A DNA stretch of 15,238 nucleotides from Candidatus Caldarchaeum sp. (lineage in GTDB: Archaea; Thermoproteota; Nitrososphaeria_A; Caldarchaeales; Caldarchaeaceae), in contig JAWBRA010000033.1 of the NCBI GenBank assembly GCA_038844785.1, forward strand, positions 1 through 15,238, given 5' to 3'. Position numbers and translations under genes: made by a program. The first letter of the stretch is position 1. Each line of letters begins with the position of its first letter. A model generated the notes under the pieces. That model worked only from the letters and a program-made list of their open reading frames with translations, searched no databases and was not told the DNA's origin. Shown piece after piece: positions 1 through 7,340 of this stretch.

Positions 1-416
1 ATGCTGAGAAGAGAATTCTGATGAAGTCCGTCAAGGCTGTTGAAGAATCTATGATGGAGATGGCTTCGTCGATAGTCTCTGAGACTGAGAAAAGGTACCC
101 GCAGTTCAACAAGGTGGTGGAGGAGCTTGGAATAACCGGAGAAAACCATCTGCTTTCCAGAGAGTCGCTGGCAGAGATAATACCTTACGTCGAAAGAAGC
201 AGGTCTTACAGACGTCTCAAAAAGTTCTTCGGCCTCTTCAAAGGCAGGAAGGGAGTCAATAAAATCTATAGCAAAACGGCGAGATGCGCGCTTTCAAGGC
301 TGACAACAGCAGTTCTCAAAAACACATGCCACAGAGCCCGAGACGAAGAACAACTGCTAAACAGAATCTGGAAGACTGTTAAGGAGACCCGGGAAAGGCT
401 GGAGGCGCCGGCCTAA
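1..416 (+). CDS. IS110-like / Nop-fold RNA-binding protein, C-terminal part (copy 1; frame open to the window's 5' edge)
   Basis: Frame is open from nt 3 (AEKRILMKS...). LGITG...LAEIIPYVERSRSYRRLKKFFGL...ARCAL...LLNRIWK resembles the IS110 Transposase_20/Nop C-terminal region (GIG...LAEIGD..RF...L..YAGL...LR..L...KL.R..W). A paralogue sits at the other end of the window. Family call is by motif recognition only. Confidence 0.65.
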   Translation, partial: AEKRILMKSVKAVEESMMEMASSIVSETEKRYPQFNKVVEELGITGENHLLSRESLAEIIPYVERSRSYRRLKKFFGLFKGRKGVNKIYSKTARCALSRLTTAVLKNTCHRARDEEQLLNRIWKTVKETRERLEAPA

Positions 417-549
417 ACAGCAGGGAAAAACCCCTCTGGAAAGGCCGGCCCATGGTTTATTAACTGTATCCTTTAGGATACGGTCCTTAACGTATTAGCC
501 GGCCTTTCTCATGGGTTTCTTGATGTTGTTCTGCTGGTTGCCTCCAGCC
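397..549 (+). ncRNA. Putative structured dual-guide RNA of element copy 1
   Basis: Nested stems: GGCTGGAGGC 397-406 / GCCTCCAGCC 540-549; CAGCAG 418-423 / CTGCTG 531-536; GAAAGGCCGGC 439-449 / GCCGGCCTTTC 498-508; apical hairpin ACTGTATCC-TTTA-GGATACGGT 463-484. These enclose a 13x13 internal loop (450-462, 485-497). The structure is conserved in copy 2. Confidence 0.7.
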
Positions 550-550
550 A

Positions 551-572
551 ACTCTCCCCTTGTTTTTTCCTT
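551..572 (+). terminator. Pyrimidine/T-rich tract after the stem-loop (possible archaeal terminator); homology to copy 2 ends here
   Basis: ACTCTCCCCTTGTTTTTTCCTT; a matching tract occurs in copy 2 (14796-14818, minus strand). Confidence 0.4.
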
Positions 573-629
573 CCAGAAGATTAAATACTGCACTCGCAGA
601 TAGTTCTAATCCGTAGGATGAGATCTGTC

Positions 630-858
630 TTACTTGACGTATTCTTTCAAACTCCCGTCCGGTCACAGCCGTGTTGTCGATGAAAGCCGTATCTTGCCCG
701 AAGTCGCCGAACTCGACCTCCGTGGTAGTTGTAAAAGCGTCCAGGTTTACTGATATGCTATCGTGATAGGGGAGCCTGAGGCTCCAGTCTCTAAGCCCAT
801 GGTACTTAACCAATCCCTCCATGGTGTGCGCAACCGCCCTCGCCTTCAAACCATCCAC
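630..858 (-). pseudogene. mvaD: (Di)phosphomevalonate decarboxylase, N-terminal fragment only (GHMP family, haloarchaeal PMD-like)
   Basis: KARAVAHTMEGLVKYHGLRDWSLRLPYHDSISV matches the MVD/PMD N-terminus (GLVKYHG, LPYHDSISV). Similarity ends after about 75 aa (..FERIRQV), whereas full-length enzymes are >300 aa. The ORF then runs antisense into the element RNA to a stop at 487. Confidence 0.8.
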
Positions 859-1434
859 CTACCTGAACTTTACCGTCTTAAATCGCAGGGCCAGGCTTCT
901 GGCTTCAGCGGCTACGTTCTCCCCGTCCAAAGCCATTCTGCAAAGCCTCGCAATACGTGACATCTGTTTCACCCCCATTCCTCTTCTCGTAACCTCTGAT
1001 GTTCCAACCCTAACCCCGATGTCAACGAGGATTCTTGATTTTTCAAGAAAGTCTCTGACTTTAACGCCTTCGCTTTCCTGATAGGGTAGGTAGACTTGAT
1101 GCGATTTGGTGTATCCGAGCTTTGTCTTGAACGGTTTGAGCCCGTTGTTTTCAAGCGAACGCGCGAGCTCAGCTGAGTTTTCCACAACCTTCTCAGCGTA
1201 CCTGTGTCCGTTCCGTCTCATCTCGTCAAGAGCCACCGCAAGAGCAGCAACCCTGTTGAAATGTATGTTGTCCACAAATTTGTGGAAGGCTGTCTCTTCG
1301 ATTTTTTTGGCAATTTTCTCGTCGTTCGTGAGAATGATGCTTCCCTGTGGTCCGAAGAAGGATTTGTGGGTGGAGCCGATAAGGACGTCAGTTCCGTCCT
1401 GAAGCGGTTTCTGAAATATTCTGACCGCACCCAC
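859..1434 (-). pseudogene. glyA: Serine hydroxymethyltransferase, C-terminal half only (5'-truncated)
   Basis: FQKPLQDGTDVLIGSTHKSFFGPQG (PLP-lysine motif), YAEKVVENSAELA, TKSHQV, GVRVGTSEVTRRGM. There is an in-frame stop just upstream (1438-1440), and the roughly 200 N-terminal residues are absent. Confidence 0.85.
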
Positions 1435-1820
1435 AAATCACAGAAGAAGGCTATAAACCATGGTCTCCGGCTGCTTCAAACATAATGAAAACCTGAGAAA
1501 TTATACGCAAGACAAACTAACCACCACCTATCACTCAAAAAATTCAGCCGCTACAACAGCTCATGCAGCTAACCATACCTATTCAGGCTTGATTCATTCA
1601 GATGCTATGAGTGCGGGCATGTAGACGTGTATTTTGTAGAGTAGCTGGTTTTGTTTGCAGAGGTATCCGCGGTCCCTGATACGCTTTCACCCCGGCTACT
1701 AAACTCCCATTAAATCCACCTTTCCAGACTCGGAAGTTTTACCGCCGTAATCACTGGATATTATTGTTGTGTATGCTGGAGGGCATGTTGATAAGCATCC
1801 GTAAAGCATTGTTTTGCCAG

Positions 1821-4800
1821 ATGGTTAGGATTAAGTCGATAGCGATTCAGGGCTTCAAGTCGTTCGGCAGTAAACGGACTGTGATAAAGTTTCCACTCGG
1901 GTTGACAGTCATAACCGGGCCCAACGGCGGCGGGAAATCCACTGTTTTGGACGCGATTAAGTTTGCTCTGGGAGAGCTCAGCGCCCACAACCTCAGGGCA
2001 GACCGTTTCTCCAAGCTTCTCCACGAATCCAGCAAGGGCCAGGACCAGTATGCCATGGTTTCTCTAACGCTCGACAACTCTGCACACACTTTACCCGTGG
2101 ACTCCGACGAAGCAGTGCTGACTAGACGTCTTTTTTCAACAGGTGAAAGCGAATACCTTGTCAACGGCAAAACCGTTTCTCGAAACGAGATGCTCACCCT
2201 ATTGTCCGCATCTAACATAAAACCCGACGGACTGAACCTCGTCACGCAAGGCTCAGTCGTAGGCATCGCCGAGATGACGAGCAGGGAGCTTAGACAGGTT
2301 TTGGAGGATGCCGCAGGCATTTCAGGCTATAAGAAAAGGCGGGACGAAGCTCTGAAAGAGCTTGAAACAGCTCAGAAAAACCTGGATGTGGCTAAAGCCG
2401 CTACGTCGGAGGTGAGAAACAGGGTGAAGCAGCTGGAGCTCGAGAGGAACCAGTACCTGCGCAAAACACTTGTTGATAGGGAGCTGGGCAGGCTTAAGTC
2501 TGTCTCCCTGGTCAACGAGGTTAAGAAAACACGGCTTGCACTGGCTCAGCTGGAGAGCCGGGCATCGGAGCTTGTGAACGGCCTCGCCGAAAAACAGAAA
2601 CATATCGGGGAAACGGTTGAAAAGTCCTCCATAATACGTAAAGAGGTTGAGTCACTCCAGCATCTGGGAGAGCAGCTTAACACCCGGCTGAGAGCGATCG
2701 AACGTCAGAAGTATGACAAAGAGTCTGAGAAAAACAGGTTGAAGGCTGAGATAAACTCCTATGAAATAAGCCTTCAACAGGCCGCTGAACACCGTAAAAC
2801 CCTGCTGGAGAATGTTCAAGAATGGAGGGAAAGGCTGGCTGCCTTGGAAGCTAGGCTCAGAGAAAAAGAGGCCGAAGCTGAGAAAGCCTACGAGAGCTAT
2901 AGGAGCGCGGAGGAACAGCTCAACTCTCTTAGGGCTGAAGTTGAAAAGGTTAGAGCGAGCTTGGAAAATGTCGAGGATAACTACTCCTCAAAGCTCGACG
3001 AGCTCAAATACCTCAAGCTTACTGACGACGGCAGGTCGCTTCTGCTGGAAAGCTTGGAAAAACAGATAGCTTCCAAGAAAAGCGAGCAAGAAGAGCTTCT
3101 GAAACAGTTTGAATACCTGCGTAGCAAGAGGCTGGATTTGGAGGCTGAGCTTGAGAAATGCAAGAACGCTGTTGCCGAGCTCTCGTCAACTCTTGAAACG
3201 TTTGAGAAACAAGCCGAGGCCACTAAAGCCGCGTTAACTTCCGAAAGATCGAAACTGGATGAAGCTGAAAGGATGCTTGACGAGCTGAGGCTTCTCAAAT
3301 CGTCTATAGCACAGCTGCTTGAGACACTACGGAAGGAAGACGACGGCAGAAAAGATGGAAGAACCGTGAAGACGTTGGGGGAGTTTTTCGGACAGAATCT
3401 CAACCCGGCTTTCAAAGCTGTACTGGGAGACTGGGTCAACGCAATACTTGTAGAGGACGTAGAAAACGCTTTCACGCTGGCCGCTAGGGCTGCCGAGCTA
3501 GGGCTTCCGCTAAAGATAGTGCCGGTGGACGATTCCAGCTTGGAGCCTGAAAAAATTATTGAACGTGTTACAGGCTCGCCGCCGCCGAGGCTCGTGGAGT
3601 CGGTGAAACAGCTCCATCCCACCGACAAAAACGTCGCAACATACGACGGCGTATACGTAAGCCAGAACCATACGGTCGTAGTGGTAGGTGATTCTGGCAA
3701 AACCCGTCTTTACACCCGTTTAGAAAACAGCCTGAATAAACTGGATACGCTGGAGGAAAGGCTTTCATCATCTAAATCGGTCATACAATCCAAGCTATCG
3801 TCGCTTGAAGAGTCTCTGAGACAGACAGCTCAAAAATCCGAGGAGGTTAAGAAAGAGCTGAACGAGAGACGGGTTGAACACGCAAGGGTTGAAGAAAGGC
3901 TGCGGGAAGTTGAGAAGACAACGGAGTCGCTGAAAAATAGGATAACTTCCTTGGAGAAGAGTTTGCAGAGTTTAGAGGATGAGAGGGAAAAGCTGAGGTC
4001 TACCGTTGCGGAGAAAAGCGACGAGCTGGCGTCTCTGACGGCTTTAAGGAAGGAGATGGAGAGGCTGAGGAGGGAGCTAAGGAAAGCTGAGGAGAAGCTG
4101 CGCAAACAATCTACAAACGCTTCAAACCTTTACAAAACATACTTAAACGTGGAAAAAGAGAAGGACTCTCTACAGCTTGAAATAAAAAACACCGTGGAAC
4201 GCATCGAAAACGCTGGCAGGGAGCTGGCGGTTCTGTCAACCCGTGAAGAAAAGCTTGCCGCAATGCTGGAGTCAAAGAGGATCGAGCTGGCCAAGGTTGA
4301 GCAGGAGCTGGCTAGAATGTCGGAAGACGAGAAAACATTGGAGATGGAGCTGGGCTCTCTCAAGGAAAGGCTGAACGAGAAAAACAACGTGCTCAAACAG
4401 GTTGAGGAAGGTTTGCAAAGGCTTAGGGATGAGGCTGCCGCCCTAGAGAGAGAAAACAGCAGCCTCATGGTTGAGAGGGTTAGGCTGGAGACAAGCCTGC
4501 AGGCTTTGAACGAACGTTTACAAGCGCTTTCGACTACTGCAGACGAGGAGGTTACAAGGCTGCCTCACGATCTTCTGCCAAGCTTGGAGGAGGAGTCGGC
4601 GGAAATCTCAGTCGTCAACCAGCTGGCGGTCATGCAGTATGACAGCATAATCTCAAATTACAAACTGCGTTCAACAAGGATAAACGAGCTTGAGATGGAG
4701 CGAAAACGCATACTCGACCTCATCGAATCCATTAATAGGGAGGAGGTGGAGGCGTTTGAGAAGGCCTTGGAGAAGGTGTCGAATTCGTTTAACTTCTATT

Positions 4801-5210
4801 TCAACCAGCTGACGGGGGGCGAGGGTTTCCTAAGGCTTGAGAATCCGGAAGACCCTCTCAACTCAGGTGTTGAGATGATTGTAAGGTTTGTTGGGAAGCA
4901 GGCTAGAAGCACCTCATCAGTGAGCGGCGGAGAAAAATCTGTGTCGGCCGTAGCCCTAATCCTAGCGCTTCAAGACCTCACCCCAGCCCAGTTCTACGTC
5001 TTCGACGAGATAGACGCCCACCTCGACGTCGTATACGTCAAAAACCTCGTAAACCTGCTGAAGAAAATGTCGTCCAAAAAACAGATAATCATAATAACTT
5101 TGAAGGACATCATCGCCGAACAGGCCGACGCGCTTTTCGGCGTCTACATGGTGAACGAGACATCGCATGTGGTGAGGACAAGGCTGTCGGAGGTGGTTGA
5201 GGCTGGATAG
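1821..5210 (+). CDS. smc: Chromosome segregation ATPase SMC
   Basis: MVRIKSIAIQGFKSF start, Walker A GPNGGGKS, Q-loop VTQG, two long coiled coils around a hinge, signature SGGEKS, Walker B/D-loop FDEIDAHLD. ATG 1821 is preferred over the upstream 1764 start. Confidence 0.96.
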   Translation: MVRIKSIAIQGFKSFGSKRTVIKFPLGLTVITGPNGGGKSTVLDAIKFALGELSAHNLRADRFSKLLHESSKGQDQYAMVSLTLDNSAHTLPVDSDEAVLTRRLFSTGESEYLVNGKTVSRNEMLTLLSASNIKPDGLNLVTQGSVVGIAEMTSRELRQVLEDAAGISGYKKRRDEALKELETAQKNLDVAKAATSEVRNRVKQLELERNQYLRKTLVDRELGRLKSVSLVNEVKKTRLALAQLESRASELVNGLAEKQKHIGETVEKSSIIRKEVESLQHLGEQLNTRLRAIERQKYDKESEKNRLKAEINSYEISLQQAAEHRKTLLENVQEWRERLAALEARLREKEAEAEKAYESYRSAEEQLNSLRAEVEKVRASLENVEDNYSSKLDELKYLKLTDDGRSLLLESLEKQIASKKSEQEELLKQFEYLRSKRLDLEAELEKCKNAVAELSSTLETFEKQAEATKAALTSERSKLDEAERMLDELRLLKSSIAQLLETLRKEDDGRKDGRTVKTLGEFFGQNLNPAFKAVLGDWVNAILVEDVENAFTLAARAAELGLPLKIVPVDDSSLEPEKIIERVTGSPPPRLVESVKQLHPTDKNVATYDGVYVSQNHTVVVVGDSGKTRLYTRLENSLNKLDTLEERLSSSKSVIQSKLSSLEESLRQTAQKSEEVKKELNERRVEHARVEERLREVEKTTESLKNRITSLEKSLQSLEDEREKLRSTVAEKSDELASLTALRKEMERLRRELRKAEEKLRKQSTNASNLYKTYLNVEKEKDSLQLEIKNTVERIENAGRELAVLSTREEKLAAMLESKRIELAKVEQELARMSEDEKTLEMELGSLKERLNEKNNVLKQVEEGLQRLRDEAAALERENSSLMVERVRLETSLQALNERLQALSTTADEEVTRLPHDLLPSLEEESAEISVVNQLAVMQYDSIISNYKLRSTRINELEMERKRILDLIESINREEVEAFEKALEKVSNSFNFYFNQLTGGEGFLRLENPEDPLNSGVEMIVRFVGKQARSTSSVSGGEKSVSAVALILALQDLTPAQFYVFDEIDAHLDVVYVKNLVNLLKKMSSKKQIIIITLKDIIAEQADALFGVYMVNETSHVVRTRLSEVVEAG

Positions 5211-5868
5211 CCAGCTTGCTGAGCAGGTTCTCTCCGCGCCGTGGCGGATATTGTTTGACGTCACACGTCTAGATAGGCTGAAGGTTTGGGAGATAAAGCT
5301 GAACGAGGTTTTAGCCGAGTTTTCCCAAGCACTCCGAACCTACGGATACATAGACCTAAACCTCTGCGGCATAGCTGTTCTCTCAGCCGCCACAATCCAT
5401 CGGATTAAGACGGAGAAGCTTCTTCAAGGCGATGTCCCGCCGAAACCTAAGCCGAAGCCGGAGATAAACATCCTCCCACCAATAGAGCTGCCTTTCAAAC
5501 CCGAGCTGATGACGGCCACCATTCAGGAGATAGTCACAGCCCTTCAGAAAGCGTTGTCGCAGTCGGCTAACAGAAAATCCGAAACAGCTCCTCCACAGGT
5601 TCAGGAAAACAGGATTGTTCTGGCGGAGTTTCTGGTCAAGATTGAGGAGGAGCTGGAGAGGTTTGTTGAAAAACTGTATCAGATATTTCAGCAAACTGAC
5701 ATGATTTCTTTCACGCAGCTTGTGAAGGACATGTCTAAGCTTGATGCGGCGAAAACATTCATCCTCCTGCTTTTCGCCGCTGCACGTAAATTTGTCGTGT
5801 TGATGCAGTTTGATGGAACAGACGACCTACAAATCTTAAAAGGTGAGGTTCTTGGAGCAGGCGCCTGA
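5197..5868 (+). CDS. scpA: Kleisin ScpA
   Basis: N-terminal VWEIKLNEVLAEF...LNLCGIAVLSAATIHRIKTEKLL and C-terminal winged helix (ISFTQLV..AKTFILLLF..LMQ). Overlaps the smc stop. Confidence 0.9.
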   Translation: MRLDSQLAEQVLSAPWRILFDVTRLDRLKVWEIKLNEVLAEFSQALRTYGYIDLNLCGIAVLSAATIHRIKTEKLLQGDVPPKPKPKPEINILPPIELPFKPELMTATIQEIVTALQKALSQSANRKSETAPPQVQENRIVLAEFLVKIEEELERFVEKLYQIFQQTDMISFTQLVKDMSKLDAAKTFILLLFAAARKFVVLMQFDGTDDLQILKGEVLGAGA

Positions 5869-6451
5869 CAGCAAAACGCTCGCTGAAGCGATACTCTTCG
5901 CGTCAGACAAGCCGGTTGGAATTAAAACGCTCCAGAGAGCGTTGCGTATGAGGTCGGACAAAAAGATACGGGAGATTCTCGAAGCTTTGAAGACGGAGTA
6001 CCGGGGCAGGGCGGTGGAGATCGTCGAGCTTGAAGGCGAGCGTTTTTACATGAGGCTTAGGCCAGACCTCGCCAATTTTGCGAAAAAGTTTACACGGAGG
6101 AAAGCATTGCCCCACGGAGTCCTGAAAACTCTCTCAACGATAGCTTACTATCAGCCTCTTCCCATGTCCACTTTAGCCGCCATCAGAGGTAAGGATGCTT
6201 ACAGACAGCTGAAGATACTCGTTGAAAGAGGTCTTGTTGAAACGGAGAAGTCTGGGCGGACTAGGCTGCTGAGGACAACCCAGCTTTTCGCCGACTTTTT
6301 TGGCGTGGAAAACAACCCCCAAGCCGTCCGCAGCTACATCAGCAAGATGCTTGAAGAAGTTGGGAAAAGGAACGGAATACATGAAACAGGTTTAAAGCAT
6401 GCTTGCAATCCTCTTTTAAGGGATGGTTCAGTGGCATACGGACATCCATAA
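5843..6451 (+). CDS. scpB: Kite subunit ScpB (start may be TTG 5852)
   Basis: AEAILFASDKPV, LKTLSTIAYYQP, AAIRG, L..RGLV, RTTQLFADFFG are typical ScpB motifs. Confidence 0.93.
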   Translation: MRFLEQAPDSKTLAEAILFASDKPVGIKTLQRALRMRSDKKIREILEALKTEYRGRAVEIVELEGERFYMRLRPDLANFAKKFTRRKALPHGVLKTLSTIAYYQPLPMSTLAAIRGKDAYRQLKILVERGLVETEKSGRTRLLRTTQLFADFFGVENNPQAVRSYISKMLEEVGKRNGIHETGLKHACNPLLRDGSVAYGHP

Positions 6452-6812
6452 AAGGAAAAAGACAGGGGCGAAATCCCATCCAAGCCGAGGTAAGAGGAAG
6501 AGAGAGCGTGGAGGCGAAGTACATCTCGCAGTCGTCGGCGAGCAGAAAACCGTGGTCAGAAAAGCCCGCGGCGGCAACATTAAAACAGCTATCGTCGCAG
6601 CAACCCATGCAAACGTCGCAATAGGTCCTGTCGTCAAAAGACTCGAAATACTCAGGGTAGTGTCAAACCCCAGCAACAGAGACTATGACAGACGTAAAGT
6701 GATAACGAAAGGAGCGTTGATAGAGACGGCTGAAGGGCTGGCGAGGGTTACGTCCTCACCTGGGCAGGACGGCACGGTCAACGCCGTCATCGTCAAGCAG
6801 GTGCAGGCTTGA
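6423..6812 (+). CDS. rps8e: 30S ribosomal protein S8e
   Basis: HKRKKTGAK..RGKRKRE.G, ARGGNIK, NPSNRDYDRRKVITKGALIET, VTSSPGQDGTVNA. Confidence 0.97.
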   Translation: MVQWHTDIHKRKKTGAKSHPSRGKRKRERGGEVHLAVVGEQKTVVRKARGGNIKTAIVAATHANVAIGPVVKRLEILRVVSNPSNRDYDRRKVITKGALIETAEGLARVTSSPGQDGTVNAVIVKQVQA

Positions 6813-7099
6813 TAAAAAAGGATGGTCTAATCATATGGCCTGCATACTTTGATGCAAGAAATTCACGCAGTGCAGGACGTCGCATCCCCATCCAGCTCGC
6901 AGCCCAAAGGCCTACTGTAGACGACCTTTTGAATGCCTGCAAAACCCTTGGATGGATGGCTGAAAAGGTTGAGGGAGCTTATCCAAGGACATGGTATTTG
7001 AAGACGGGATATTTGGTCGTCAACCCTGGTCGGAAGCTTCCGAAGAACGCTGTCGTGAGAAAGATTGCGGAGGCGCTGCAGAAGGTTGGCAAGAAGTAA
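6809..7099 (+). CDS. srp19: Signal recognition particle 19 kDa protein
   Basis: IIWPAYFDARNSRSAGRRIP...AYPRTW motif; conserved position after rps8e. Confidence 0.95.
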   Translation: MIKKDGLIIWPAYFDARNSRSAGRRIPIQLAAQRPTVDDLLNACKTLGWMAEKVEGAYPRTWYLKTGYLVVNPGRKLPKNAVVRKIAEALQKVGKK

Positions 7100-7340
7100 A
7101 CCCCCGTCATCCCGCAGGCTGTTGCTGTTGGGAGAAGCAGCTAGAGTAGGCGAGAGGACGATTGTTGTAAAGGCCCGTGTAGTACCTAGGCTTGCGGCCA
7201 GGGTCTTTGACAGCAGGGGGAGAGAAATAGGCTATGTCTCAAACGTTTTCGGGCCTGTGGCGAGCCCTTTAGTTTCCGTCAAACCTGTCGCTGAGAAGAC
7301 GGTAAAAGAGGGTGAGCCGTTATACACGGAAAAACATTGA
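7086..7340 (+). CDS. gar1: H/ACA RNP subunit Gar1/Naf1 (start uncertain, TTG 7086 chosen)
   Basis: VFDSRGREIGYVSNVFGPVASPLVSVKP motif; conserved gar1-tfb linkage. Confidence 0.9.
   Translation: MARSKPPSSRRLLLLGEAARVGERTIVVKARVVPRLAARVFDSRGREIGYVSNVFGPVASPLVSVKPVAEKTVKEGEPLYTEKH

Larger units (their letters stand above)
128..572 (+). repeat. Diverged inverted repeat, arm 1 (partner 14796-15238)
   Basis: Manual alignment to the reverse complement of 14796-15238 is colinear, including 44 identical nt at 363-406. Confidence 0.95.

Noticed and set aside
397-572. CRISPR or multi-unit TIGR array
   Set aside because: Only one unit per element copy; no tandem repeat-spacer periodicity seen anywhere in the window.
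487-630. C-terminal part of the 123-aa ORF as a real protein or fusion
   Set aside because: It is read-through of truncated mvaD, partly into the antisense strand of the element RNA; no family similarity recognised.
1573-1644. Peptide PYLFRLDSFRCYECGHVDVYFVE* resembling half a zinc ribbon
   Set aside because: Preceded directly by an in-frame stop with no start codon; too short to support.
1764-1820. 19-aa N-terminal extension of SMC in the ORF track
   Set aside because: SMC homology begins at ATG 1821; the extension is probably not translated.
1847-4468. Long antisense ORFs within smc (also those opposite nop5, glyA and rlmE)
   Set aside because: Ser/Leu/Phe-rich shadows of coding-strand codon bias in well-supported genes.
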